NCBI RefSeq assembly: GCF_006345805.1
Contig: NC_043010.1
Location: 16,988,001 to 17,052,000, forward strand
Direction of reading: 5' to 3'
Length of the DNA stretch: 64,000 bases
DNA from: Octopus sinensis
Taxonomy: Eukaryota
The notes under the pieces were generated by a model that saw only the letters and a program-made list of their open reading frames with translations, was not told where the DNA came from and did no database searches. Position 1 is the first letter of the stretch; each line of letters starts with the position of its first letter. This document shows, piece after piece, positions 13,905-27,589 of the stretch. Position numbers and translations under genes: made by a program.

Positions 13905-14125
13905 ACATATAAGTTCAGGTTTATACCTGTAATTATAGGGATATGTAACACAATATGTACCAATCTTGAGAAATTAGGCTTCTCAAAACCAGAAAGGAGA
14001 AAGCTAATTCGAAGACTACAGATCCAATCCATAACTGGAACTGTAAAAATCTGTAAAACTTTCCAGAAATTTATCATTTAAATATATATGTGTATGTCTA
14101 GATATGTAAGTATATGCATGAGGAT
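13905..14125 (+). mobile_element. R4-like RLE LINE extreme 3' end
   Basis: FIPVIIG..LEKLGFSKPERRKLIRRLQIQSITGTVKICKTFQKFII*, the same family as 19700-20240. Confidence 0.8.
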
Positions 14126-14158
14126 ACATACATACATACATACATACATACATACATA

Positions 14159-15165
14159 GAGGACATAGAAAGTATTGTGGACACTATTTTGGTAGGTGAC
14201 AAGAGATTGAGGGCAGTGGTGGAGGGTAGGAAGCCCCAATGCTTCAAGTGTGGCCAGAAAGGTCACACGAGAGCAGATTGCCCTCCACATGCCGCAAAAG
14301 TACCGTGGTGAAGGAAGCCGCACCTCCACCTCATATGGTGACAAATACAGAGACGAAGGAGAAATGTGATGAAAAAGGGATAAAGGCACCAGAAGGGAAC
14401 GAATGGACCAACGCTTCCAAGGGGAAAAGAAGAAAGAGGAGGAATAACCATTCCACGGATACTAGCCCCACCCTATCCCCACTTACACCATCCTTCGCCC
14501 AGTCCCACCTGACACTGACCTAGAACCTGCACACACAGATACGCAGGAACCTCACCCCCACCAAAAAAAAAACCCAGCTTTTGTATTGTTATACGAGGCG
14601 AGGAAAGCAACACTAGCGAAAAAGATAGAATTGAAGTCAATCGTAAGGGGGAACTTGCCGTGAAGGGGTGTCTCCCCTGATATGAGTTGTGTGCTCATTG
14701 ATAGGGAGAGCTACCGTGAATTGAAAAAAAAGTTTGGGTCAGACGTTGGTCCCTTGGAGGTGGAGGTGATAATTGATTCGCTCTCTACAGTTGTAGACCA
14801 CAGTGACTTAGGCGCACTTGTTATTGTAGAATAACTGTTTTCTTAAAAATATAAAAAGAGTGAAAAAGAGAGGAAGAGGAAAGAAAAAAGGAAAATAAAG
14901 AATAAAAAAGAGAAAAAGAAACTCAACTTGTAAACGTTTTAAAGCTGGAACTCTATATCACCGCATGGTGATTAAAGTAAGCCTATAAATGTGCATGTTT
15001 GTTAATTGTTTGTACAGGGTTCAATGATGTTGCGTGGGGCCCGAGTAGTCATCATTTCGCCCTTTTCATCTTGCATTATGAACCCATTTTTCATTCGTCC
15101 CCCACCCCACCTTTTTGTTTGTGCTGTCTTGTCAGCCCTTGTAGTGTCCAATTTGTGTTTTGACA
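14159..15165 (+). mobile_element. 5'-truncated copy of the second ORF1-only family
   Basis: VEGRKPQCFKCGQKGHTRADC zinc knuckle. 3' UTR similar to that at 16370-16505. Confidence 0.7.
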
Positions 15166-15220
15166 TTCGGTATGACCCGATTGTCAGCAGCGCACAGAGA
15201 GCAGATTCGTAATTTGGACG

Positions 15221-16526
15221 TCAAGTGTTGTTGTACGGTTGTTGAATTGTTGAATATTGTTATTGTGTGTTTTGCGGCGGTCCTGTTATCGTTTCCCCCT
15301 TGTTTGGGTGGTGGGGTGGTGGTAAACGCTTGTTGGTGAAAATGGATTTCAGTTATGAAAGGTTGAGTCTTTCTGATTCGTCAGAAAGAGAAATGGTGGA
15401 GTCTATGATTAATATGGAGAAGGAGATGGAAATGGAGAGAAAAAAGAAAAAAGGGTAAAAAGTTTTGCGGCTGCGACAGGCGATGTGAAGGAAAATATAA
15501 CGTCGAAGGTGCAGGACATGAAAAGGTATAAAAACATGATGAAAGAGGGGTATGTAGTTGAACTGACCCCCCCCCTTCCTAGTGGAGTGTCACAAGATGT
15601 GCTGGCAAAAATGGTGACGTACAAGTCATATTTGATAAAGGAGAAAAATCGACTCGGCAAAGAGGGATCAAATTGAAAAGTGCTTCGGACCCATCTGGCC
15701 GGAAATCAAGTACTTGGCCAGGGGCAACAAGTATACGACAGTTGAGGTGCGTTTTCACACAGAGGAAAGGGCCAGGTAGCACTCCGTGGCCACCCAGAAG
15801 ACAGACGAGATAATATTACTACCAACTTACCTTGGAAGACGTGCTTCCAAGGTAAAGGTGGAGGAAATACCACCGGAGGTGGACGTACCCTGGCAGGTGG
15901 CAGCCATAGCCACTCTGCTCCAACATACCTCCGCAGATACCAGCTCTCGTCCTGCCCCACCAGTCACTGATCCCAACTCTGCCCCTACAAGTATACAAAC
16001 ATACATACAGAAGCATCAGACTTCCACGCCCCCAAAAAACGGCGTTCATATTTATATGCGATATAAAGACAAACGAGATAGAAAAAATATGAAGACTGTA
16101 ATAAGGATAAACACGCCTGTCGGGGATTTTCCCCCACTCATCGATGGGGAAAGCCACCATGTGTTGAGAGAGACGTGTGTCGGGCGTTGGACCTTGGGGT
16201 GTGGAAGTAGTGATTGATTCGCTGCCTCCAGTCATTGATTACACTGTGTTGAACAAACTTGAGGTCGTGCGTTGACTATTTATTTTTCTTTCTAAAGTGT
16301 TTTAAAAAACGAGGAAAAGAGACGCAAACCATAAACGTTTAAAAAAAAAGAATTCAAGGAGGCCACTTGGGATGTGGGGTCGAGTGGCTGTTATTCCACC
16401 TTTCATTTTTTTTCTACATTTCATCGTTTTTCATTCGTCCTCCCCACAACACACATACTTTGTGTTTCTGTCTGTCCTTGTATTGTCCCCTCTGTATTTC
16501 GACCCTGTGGGGTTAGTTAAGAATAA
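15221..16526 (+). mobile_element. Second family of ORF1-only L1/Tx1-like element (degenerate)
   Basis: Fragments IKYLARGNKYTTVEVRF...ILLPTYLGRRASKV resemble the 60635 ORF1. Flanked by ATTCGTAAT(T/G)TGGACG at 15205-15220 and 16527-16542. Ends in AATAAA. Confidence 0.7.
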
Positions 16527-16550
16527 ATTCGTAATGTGGACGCATTAGGT

Positions 16551-16949
16551 ATGACCCGATTGTCAGCAGCGCAGAGAGAACAAGATATCGGTTGAATGCA
16601 AGCAGTGAAGGGTACCCTGGTTGATGCGAAAGCTTATAATGTCCACATCAGCACCATCTATCGCCTGCAACAGTGATACAACAACACCAACAGCACTGCA
16701 GACCGTGCCTGCAGAGGGCACCCTTGAGTGACCACGCCCAGACAGGACCCTTTCAGCCACCTGCAACACCTCCGTGACCGCTTCAGACCGGCCAGCGTGA
16801 CAGCCCGCGAGACCATTAGCATTGGAAAGTGACCCATCAACGGCGACACGGTACGACGTCGTCTGGCCGCCAACAACCTGCGTTGCCCTCGTCCTGCTCG
16901 AAGGCCTGTCCTCACCGCCCGCCACCGTCAGACACGATTACAATGGGCT
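16551..16949 (+). mobile_element. Tc1-family transposase N-terminal fragment (pseudogene)
   Basis: Translates, with stops and frameshifts, as MTRLSAAQREQ..AYNVHISTIYRLQQ..VTTPRQD..HLRDRFRPASVTARET..TVRRRL..RPARRPVLTARHRQTRLQWA. Confidence 0.8.
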
Positions 16950-16977
16950 ACACACACACATGCATATATATATATAT

Positions 16978-17009
<32 letters not shown>

Positions 17010-18218
17010 GCTTCGATATTCTGCCCTGCCAGGGGACTCGAGGTATCATCCCCCCACCAAATAGGATCCTATACACACATAAAGAAGGACGCTTGTTCCA
17101 TAAAAAAAATCTTTGGTGATCGACGCGTGATTGTAAGGTCAGCATTAACCAAGTGTTACAACCGAGACCATTCCACGTACACCTGGGACTACATTATCTA
17201 ATGTGCTTATCCTTTCATTATGACGGTATCTGTGCTATGAGGGAGATTTTGACTGATATTTCTAGCAGGTTGAGCGGCCCTGTAAAGATTCCATCGTTGT
17301 CTAATTAAGGTAATTAATGTATTTTTTTTGTTTATCCATAGGTCCACCTGATCGAGCAGAGCTATGATCAAAGGCTTTCCATTTGTGACCAAATACTTAA
17401 ATATCATGAATTATATATCAAACATGGTGTTGTAGCATGACCGCAAATCATTTTGGCTACGACAAACAAAAGATCTAATGGATATTGTCCAATAAGATGG
17501 CAAGGAATTATCTGAGTGAGAACACAATGCTATTTCTAGCTGTTCGACCAGGTGCAGCGTAGGGGCTTCTCATGAGTTCCTTATTATTTTTATTAATGTT
17601 TAGAAAGGGTAAACAGCCCGTTCGGCTATGAATGGCCATGGGATTTGCACCAAGAAAGTTACCCTCCGAGTCTTAAACCCGAGCAAGATTATTATTATTT
17701 TTTTTTATGGAAGACCGGCAATTGGCCATGCATACCAGCCTCCGCTCACTCTTTTTAATGTTACACAGAAATCGTAGCCAATGAATGACACTTGATAAGG
17801 CTAATCTGTCCCGCAGTATATCACAATATTCCGTGAGGTCACCTTTATTTTCTGCAAGACATTATTAACCCAAATATCCCTCATTATTCATATTCACACA
17901 TTTGATCTTCAAGAAGAAACCCAATCCGCCATTATCATATCGCCATATCTTTTTCTCCCCGTCTTGGTAGATTCAATGAAAAGCAACTCGCGACCATCAA
18001 ATATTTGATAGACACCACCGAAATTTAATCACGCATGCCTGCATGTTGTGTGTATCGTCAATGGGAAAAGGTCGCAAACGTTTTTGCCACGGCAATAAGT
18101 TTACAAACAAAGGAGTCTGTACCTGGATGCGAACGTTTGTTCTACTGACTGAATTAATTCAGTTTCACGCTCGAAAGATTGTTAATGAGCATGGAACTCT
18201 AATGTAACAGTTTCAATG

Positions 18219-18293
<75 letters not shown>

Positions 18294-18597
18294 ACACACA
18301 CGCACACACACGACCACAAACACACATACACACACGCACTTATGTATAGAGAGAGAAGGGGAGAGTGAGAGGAGAGGGATGAGAGAGAGGAGAGTGGGAG
18401 GAGAGAAGAGATTGGGGGAGAGAGAGGAGAGTGGGAGGAGAGAGGAGAGTGGGGGAGAGAGGAAGAGCAAACCGAATCAGGAGATATTTTTTTTAAAATT
18501 TCGTTACTTCGCCTGAAGCACGTTTCATTAACAAAAAATTATTTGTGAATATTCATGGAGTTCTAAAAACTGGTGATTTGTTGCAGTACAAATTAAG

Positions 18598-18641
<44 letters not shown>

Positions 18642-18737
18642 TGGTGTGTGTGTCAGTGTTAGTGCTGAATCCCCGTCGTCCAATCAACTGAATTACCTAA
18701 ATCTTAACAAGTAATTCGGGACCAGGTAATACTGATA

Positions 18738-19045
18738 TCACGTGATCACGTGACCGACCAGACCATCAGATGTTGTTACACATCGCTGGTCACAATGCAT
18801 TTGCATTGTTTTAGCCTTTGAATGACGCCACCCCGCTGGCTAAGCGAGCAGGCCAACAGAAGAAAGAGTGGGAGAAAGAGTGGTGAAAGAGTACAGCAGG
18901 GATCACCACCCCCTGCCGGAGCGTCGTGAAGCTTTTTTTAGGTGTTTTCGCTCAATAAACACTCACAACGCCCGGTCTGGGAATCGAAACCGCGATCCTA
19001 CGACCACGAGTCCGCTGCCCTAACCACTAGGCCATTGCGCCTCCA
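18738..19045 (-). mobile_element. tRNA-derived SINE, family C
   Basis: tRNA-like head and tail CACGTGATCACGTGA. Copy at 47368-47671. Confidence 0.85.
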
Positions 19046-19606
19046 CAATACTGATATATAAGGGTGTTATTATTCAGTTTTCTTTCAAGATTTCTTGCCA
19101 ATAGAGAAGGAGCTGTTTTCTAACGTAGATCCAAAGTTCCGTCATTGGAATTTCAACAATATCAAAAGGCTATTTTTGCATGTATCGGTGTATACGTGCA
19201 GTATTTGGAGTGAATGCATGTGCAGATTTGTATGTTTCGTTTTACGTATGTATAGCCATGCATATAGTTGCATGTCTAGACATGTATCTATCGATATAGT
19301 TAAATGCTAAACTTCTCGAAAGTTTTACACATTTTTACAGTTCCGGTGTACTCTGCCAATCAGCTTTCCCCTTTCTGATTTCGAAGAGCCTAATTTCTTA
19401 AGACTGGTATGTATGTATGTATGTATGTATGTATGTATGTATGTATGTATGTATGTATGTATGTATGTATGTATGTATGTATGTACGTACGTATGTATGT
19501 ATGTATGTATGTATATATGTATTCGATAACGAGGGGGCAGCCATAATATTTATGTATGTATGTATGTATGTATGTATGTATGTATGTATGTATGTATGCA
19601 TGTATG

Positions 19607-19640
<34 letters not shown>

Positions 19641-19699
19641 TGTATGTATGTATGTATGTATGTATGTATGTGCAGATTTGTATGCTTTATGTATATATT

Positions 19700-20240
19700 C
19701 TCATGCATATATATTTGAATGATAAATTTCTGGAAAGTTTTACAAATTTTTACAATTCCAGTTATGGACTGGATCTGTAGTCTTCAAATCAGTTTTCTCC
19801 TTTCTGGTTTTGAGAAGCTTAATTTCTCAAAATTGATATTTAGGCAGTGTGTTACATCTCCCAGAGCCCCAATAATTACAGGTATAAACTTGGACTTGTA
19901 ATCTGGATAGAGTAACTGCAGATTTCTCAATAGTTCAGCATAGGTGTTCTCTTTTTCACTGATCATCAGTTTTATGTTAACATCAGCTGGGCAGCTAATT
20001 TCTACAATTCTACACAGTTTCTCTTCTCTATCCCAAATCATTACATCAGGTCTGTTGTACTTACATTTTATTGAGGTCTTCACTGGTACATTCCACCAAT
20101 ATTCCTTTTTGTTATGAGTAGCTGTGGGTTCTTATTTCTTTGTCCCCGGGATTATCCTTCCGACGGATTTCATTATAGAGTGTCCTAGCTACAACGTCAT
20201 GTCTCATCGGTACATAATACGATGATGACGTTTTTGGACA
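19700..20240 (-). mobile_element. R4-like RLE LINE 3' fragment
   Basis: NRPDVMIWDREEKLCRIVEISCP..IPVIIGALG. 3' end runs into (CATA)n. Related fragments at 13905-14125 (+) and 19260-19400 (-). Confidence 0.85.
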
Positions 20241-21963
20241 ATGTATGTATGTATGTATGAACCGGGTGTTGTGTTATGTTCTTGAACAAAACACTTCATC
20301 TCACGTTACTCAGCAACAACTTGGACACGTGACGTGTGGTGATAGACCGGGAACCTATTCGGGCAGCGTCAATGTGATGCGGCGAGTGAGCTATTCTACA
20401 GCACACACACATTTGCTCACCAGAAACAAATCATTTGTGCAGGTTGTTCAAATAATTCTAGAACCGTCTCTTTCTGACTACCAGACACTACTGTCATGTG
20501 TGTGTGTGTGTGTATTTATGTAGGATAAAAGATTACGCTCCTTTCCGAGCCATATTGACTCATTAGACTGGTTTCCCGGTTTCTGTGGAACATACATGCC
20601 CAACCCACTGGATGGGACGCCAGTCCGTCGCAAGATTACTCACTTTTGCCAGCTGAGTGAGCTTTAGCAACATAAAGTGAAGTATTTCGCTCAAGAACAC
20701 AACGCATTACCCGATCCAGGAATCGAAACCACACTCTTACGATCATGAGTCCAACACCGTTAAGGCACGCACCTCCACACACATTCATATAGATACACAC
20801 TCACATATATATATATGCCTATATTCAAACATATATGTGTGCATATGTGCATGTGTGCATGTACGTGTGTGTGTATGTGTGTGTGTGTGTATGTACATGT
20901 ATGTATTAATTAAAGATAGGTTAAGCTGCGAGGATTGAAATATAGGTATTTACAATCATATTTAACACGTTCGTACGCACTCAAGCATGGAAAGACCTCT
21001 GCTGCATAAACTGTCTCTGGAATGAAATTCTCCTTATAGAATATGTGTGTGAAAAACATACATTCTGAACTATGAATGGGTTCATCGGAACGTAGGATAC
21101 ATGTTTCTGTATAGTTACGCTTCATCAGCAGCGGACATCGAATCCGACGTTCACATCAACAGCTGCTGTATTTATATCGAAACAATAAATAAATGTTTTT
21201 GACTGATGTGTGCAAAGCTTTGTCAAGTTGGAATTTATTATTTAGAAACAGACAAAGCAGTAATGATTGAGGTACAGGTGTGTGCGATTATATTCGTGGC
21301 CCATAGGTGTGCTGTTCATTACTCACCACAGAGAGCTTTCGCATGGAAGGTCTTTTGGTGACTTCTTTTATTCACCTGTAAAATACGTTCATAACATCAC
21401 AGTTACATCAACGTCTCACCATGGATGTTCTGGTGATCTGACGAGCGATCCCTCTTTATTTCCATTGATTAATGAATATACAATTATAATGTACAATGCC
21501 AAGCATACACATTAATCCAAACATAAGTTATGCAAACTTAATTTATTCCACAATGAAATTATTACTACAGGAAGAAGGCTGCGAAACGGCCGTAATCTTA
21601 AGGATTTCACATGGCTAAATAAATATATTCACCTCTCATTCATCTTCACTTTTTATGTTTTACACACATCCATTTGTATACATACATCAAAAATATATTT
21701 GCCTAAAAATTTATTCACAGCTAAAATTTTCTTTTTGCTGTCATTTTGGAACAAATAGCGCCATTATTCACAGCTCATTGACAGAACTACAAGGAAAATG
21801 TCCGAACAAGGCGCGGGCATGGCTTTGGGATTATGAAGGTTGCTTTGCAACCATGTGCTTTCGGGTGGCATTATGGGTAAATGATTCCTACAATAACCTT
21901 GGAATAAACAATGCTGTCTGACTGAAATCGGCAAATAAAATCTGCACGAAATCTTTTCATATT

Positions 21964-22002
<39 letters not shown>

Positions 22003-22057
22003 GTGTGTGTGTGTGTGTGTGTGGTGTGTGTGTGTGTGTGTGTGGTGTGTGTGTGTG

Positions 22058-22114
<57 letters not shown>

Positions 22115-23284
22115 TTTGACTGTGCGTTCTTTCCTCGTTTGCTGTATTTAGAAGAAAGGACAGAGAGCATGGTCTTCAAAGGTGCCTCCCGTCCACCCGA
22201 TAACAGTGAGGTTGATGTCATTAATGTTCCTCGTAAACGATTGTAAAGGAACATATTCGGAAATGACACGAGTCGAGATGAAGGGGGAGGGAGGACCGGA
22301 GATCCAACGGTCTGGAACGAGACACTGGCCTCTTTCATTGACATTGTTCATTTTGCTGTGACTAGTGAAACCTCCTCCACTGTGACAACAGTAGATTATG
22401 TGTAGTTCGAACTCGTCCACAGTAGATTCACAACGATACTTATGTGGTTCACGCATGCAAGGATAAGGTGTCGAATAACTTTGATACGTGTGCACATATC
22501 GACGAGAAAAGTGCCGCTTGACGAAGGGCCGGGTTGGAATAACTGTGTTGAACTAAGAGACATTGTTTGATTGCACGGCATTTCGGGAGGAGGCAAGGCG
22601 GTGCTGGTGGTATTCGGAGAAGGATGAAGCCTTCATGGAACATGACACCTCATGTCGTCTCCGACACACGATTGGTTACAGAGAACCACGTGATAAGCGC
22701 ACGGCTGAAGTCGATGGAGGAAAGACAACGTCACGTTGGACATTGAACAGAAACAGGTTACAGAGCCTCACAAGAGTTTTCACTTGCAGCCAATCGGTCG
22801 CGTTGGAAACGACATGGCTGATGAATTCTATGCTACAAGTTCGAAAAGAAATTCTGATTAGAAATAGCATGGTTAGCTGTGCAGCGGAGAGGGGGGAATT
22901 TTGGAAGAGCGAAGAAGTTCTTCAATAGTCAGAGGGTTCTGTTGTTCATGTTTAACAATTTCTCTCGCTTCAAGATACTCCTGGACGGGTTTTCAAGTGA
23001 TCATAGGCTGAACCGACGATATAGACATCATATTTCGAAATTATTCGCACAGTGGTCAGCAATGACCGAAAACCTCCTACGATACCATCAAATTGACCTC
23101 ACTCGTATTTCACATTTAATATACCTGGGTTTCGTTTGTTGTCTCATGATATACACTATAGCATACAATTATGGATTCGATATAATTCTCAATAACAGAC
23201 AAACACACACAGAGTTATAGAGGAAAAGAGAGAGATAAAGAAAGAGAGGAAGGGAGAGAAGCTGAAAATATGAGGTAGACATAC

Positions 23285-23391
23285 GATTTTGTTGTAGGTT
23301 GCAACGGCTTTGGGATTTTTCATATTTTTTATCGGAGGATCATGTCCAACGTCAGGAAAGGTCAAGTTGCCCAAATCATACACTTCCTCAA
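23285..23391 (-). CDS. ARG: Arginase coding exon 3 (VEEVYDLGNLTFPDVGHDPPIKNMKNPKAVATYNKI)
   Basis: ttgcAG acceptor, GTATGT donor, 107 nt, phase 1 to 0. Carries the DYGDL-like and KNPRSV-like motifs. Confidence 0.93.
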
Positions 23392-23892
23392 CTGCAATTG
23401 ACAAAAATTAATAAAATAAAAATAAAAACATCAATAAATATTCACAAAAGTTAAATTCGATCTCTAAAGTTTTCTTGACTGTATTATAATCATATGGGGC
23501 ATTATAATCATATGGGGCATTTCAGCCTTTGACGAATTAATCCTTGACTGTCTTTCCCTGCTTCATAATTGACGAGATGGTGGTTAGTTGTAGGTGATCA
23601 AATCTCCAGTGAACACTATAACATATATACGCAATATAAACACTCGGCCTTATACAATGCAAAAGATGGATACTTAATGACAGTATATTATTGTTATATA
23701 TATTTTATTTATTTCAATCATTGGAGTGCATTTAGGTTGGGGACAGCGCCTTCTTCTCTATTTGTCGAAAGGCTAAGCTGGCTCTTGATGAAAAGGTACG
23801 CTGTTCAATATATTACCGTTATACCAGGGTACACAAGCATCGATAAGCAGACACCTACACACGTGTGTGTAGGTGTATATATATATATGAGC

Positions 23893-24228
23893 TGAGACCC
23901 CTTCGGTCATGACTGACCATGGGATTGCACCTAGAAAGTTACCTTCCCAAGCACAAGTCCGGGCAAGGTTGTTTATAGAAGACCATCAGTCGCCCATGCA
24001 TACCAGCCTCCCCTCTCCACGCCACCAGTGTTATTCAAGAGAACGGCAAGGGCCGATACAGCTTGGCACCTGTGACGTCGCAACTCATTTCTACAGCTGA
24101 ATGAACTGGAGCAATGTGAAATTAAGTGTCTTGCTCAAGAACACAACACACAGCCCGGTCTGGGATTCGAACTCACAACCTCACGATCGTAAACTCGACG
24201 CTGTAACCACTGACCCATGCGCCTTCAC
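23893..24228 (-). mobile_element. tRNA-derived SINE, family E
   Basis: tRNA-like head on the minus strand. Related pieces at 17615-17745, 20540-20778 and 28190-28463. Confidence 0.7.
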
Positions 24229-24256
24229 ACACACACACACATACATACATACATAT

Positions 24257-24559
<303 letters not shown>

Positions 24560-25259
24560 TATATATAAATTTCTATCAATCCATCTATCTGCACACCTCA
24601 CTGCACACATATACATGTCTGTATCATCGTGAAGAATCAAGCAGATCTTACATCAAGCTCTCCACCAAGTGCGTGGCTAACATGAATGGCCGTGGTTGAG
24701 GTTATTATGAACCTTCGCGTCGTTCTGAAAATCCAACAGACACACTGATGGGGAGAATCAATATAAATAGAAGCGAGGTGAGAGAGGGGATGTATATTAC
24801 ATTCGTTTAAACCATTCGATGATAATATTAGAAGTATTGGATCATAAGCAGAGTGGAAATTTGCTAACTAGGACAGGACAGTATTAATTCTATCCATAAT
24901 GTTTTTGCTTATTCGACTTACGCCTCTGAATCCCGATGATAGGACTGATGCTCTTACATTTAAATCCCTTAGAATTTACCTCATGCACCATAAGCCCAAC
25001 TTCTCCTCTAATCCCTCTTTATGTTTGATATGCCCAACAAAATCTGACATAGGTCGAATAAGCAAAAAAAAAAAAAGAAGATTTTGGAGAGACTAAATCG
25101 TGCCTGAGTTAGCAAACCTCCATTTTATTTAGGACGCAATACTTTTAGCATTATCGGATGATTTATTGATCTTTGTGATGAAACAGCTGTAAACGAATGC
25201 AATAGCACATCTTCCTCACCTCACTTCTCTTGTCTGTTCTCTCTCCCTCTCCCTCCCCG

Positions 25260-25306
<47 letters not shown>

Positions 25307-25400
25307 AATTACAAAATACAAAGTTACATCTTGAGATCGCTAGTGACAACAACACTCAAAATATAACAGACTGGAATTGTAGTGCTCCAAATGAGCTATA

Positions 25401-25936
25401 TACCACTTATTAATCCGAGGGGGGAGGCAATGTGAGCAGCAACTAAAGGAACATTACAAAATCCACAGAAAGATCAAACACACACATATATTCACATAAA
25501 TACTTAATGCTCCATCAGACACATACATAAAATTCACATAAATACTTAATGCTCCATTAAGTATCTATGGAAATTTTGGGTGTATGTAATGACTGTTCTC
25601 TCGCATATAGCTGGTATGTAATTGTACATTTGTTTCCATGTACTATGTGTTGTGTGTAAAAAACATCCTGATGAGGGAAGTGTCAATTTCAAATATATGT
25701 TTCATATTAATTGGCGCATCTCCGAAACGGCCTGTAGATGATTCTTATATATTTATATATTTCATATGATGTTTATTTATTTATATGTTATTATATTTTT
25801 AAACGTCGGACTTTATATCTGTTCTGTAGATATAAATGAATATATGAATATATGTAGGTGTTTGATCTTTCTGTGGATTTTGTAATGTTCCTTTAGTTGC
25901 TGCTCACATTGCCTCCCCTCGGATTAATAAGTGGTA
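25401..25936. mobile_element. Hammerhead-containing element with inverted ends
   Basis: About 80-bp inverted repeats at 25401-25481 and 25858-25936. (TA)n flank. Confidence 0.75.
25664..25740 (+). ncRNA. Type I hammerhead ribozyme
   Basis: Stem I CATC/GATG, CTGATGA, long stem II (GGGA..GTGTCAATT / AATTGGCGC..TCTCC), GAAACGGCCTGTA. Confidence 0.78.
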
Positions 25937-25945
25937 ATATATATA

Positions 25946-25976
<31 letters not shown>

Positions 25977-26116
25977 GTCCCCGTCACTTAGCGGTTCGGC
26001 AAAAAGAGACCGATAGAATAAGTACTGGGCTTACAAAGTCCAGAGGTCGATTTGCTCGACTAAAGGCGGTGCGGCAGCATGGCCGCAGTCAAATGACTGA
26101 AACAAGTAAAAGAGAG

Positions 26117-26127
26117 TATATATATAT

Positions 26128-26159
<32 letters not shown>

Positions 26160-26784
26160 CATACATACATATACATACATACATACATACATACATACAT
26201 ACATACAACATACATACATACATACATACATACATGCATGCCTGCATGCATACATACATACATACATACATACATACATACATACATACATACATACATA
26301 CATACATGCATGCATGCATGCATACATACTTACATACATACATACGTACGTACGTACGTACATACATACATACTACGTACGTACGTACATACATACATAC
26401 ATACATACATACATACATACATGCATGCATGCATACATGCATGCATGCATGCATACATGCATGCATACATACACATACATACATACATACGTACATACAT
26501 ACATACATACATACACATACATACATACAACATACGTACGTACGTACATACATACATACGTACGTACATACATACATACATACATACGTACGTACGTACA
26601 TACATACATACATACATACGTACGTACGTACGTACGTACATACATACATACATACATACATACACACATACGTACGTACGTACGTACATACATACATACA
26701 TGCATGCATGCATGCATACATACATACATACATACATACATACATACATACATACATACATACATACATACATACATACATACA
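26117..26784. repeat. Compound (TA)n/(CATA)n/(CGTA)n/(CATG)n microsatellite
   Basis: Directly visible. Confidence 0.95.
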
Positions 26785-26787
26785 GAT

Positions 26788-27000
26788 GGCCATGTTGATT
26801 CGCTAGCTTCTGCACGCATTTTTTTTCTCTCCTTGTTTCTCTCCGTGTTTCTTTTCTGTGTATCTTTCTGTTGAAGAGCGTAGGCTCGAAACGTAAAAGA
26901 CTTGTTTTATTTATATTCCTGAGCGCCATACTAATACAATTGTTTGTTTGTATTCCACCTGCCTTCGTCTTTTGTTTATTTTCATAAAGTTTCCCGTTAT
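26788..27000 (+). mobile_element. Solo Penelope terminal repeat (short dispersed repeat)
   Basis: Homologous to 54179-54373, 59373-59530, 6316-6475 and 27590-27670. Its 5' end matches the Penelope 3' region at 32889-32918. Confidence 0.7.
26863..26900 (+). ncRNA. Minimal hammerhead-like motif (A6U variant) in a Penelope terminal repeat
   Basis: TCTTT-CTGTTGA-A-GAGC-GTAG-GCTC-GAAA-CG-TA-AAAGA. Related copies at 54241-54275 (+), 59455-59494 (-), 6433-6472 (-) and 49502-49538 (-). Confidence 0.6.
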
Positions 27001-27267
27001 ATACATTTACTATATTAGATGCATATAAAACTATACACTATACTTCACACTTATACAACACGACAAAGACAAAATGAAATTATATCCGTTTAATTTTCTT
27101 TCTTTATTCTCAATTCTTAACTTTTTGTCGTATTGTATATGTATTTACGTATATCTAATGTGCTAAATGTATGGTGATGGTAATATAATGTGCAACATTT
27201 TTTATCATAGAAAGTTTATAATCTTTCACAAAAATTTTGATGTTTACATATGTGTATGTGTGTGTGT

Positions 27268-27348
<81 letters not shown>

Positions 27349-27365
27349 GATAGATAGATAGATAA

Positions 27366-27404
<39 letters not shown>

Positions 27405-27427
27405 TAGATAGATAGATATAGATAGAT

Positions 27428-27490
<63 letters not shown>

Positions 27491-27509
27491 TAGATAGATA
27501 TAGATAGAT

Positions 27510-27589
<80 letters not shown>

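Noticed and set aside
21095-21600. CTGATGA..GAAACATGTA (minus strand, about 21100-21127) and GAAACGGCCGTA (about 21583)
   Set aside because: Partial cores lacking stems I and II.
25931-26929. Long ORFs (up to about 300 aa) of YIHT/MYVC/YLSI repeats, here and at 12746-13310, 27155-27699 and 45295-46849
   Set aside because: They are translations of stop-free microsatellites, not genes.
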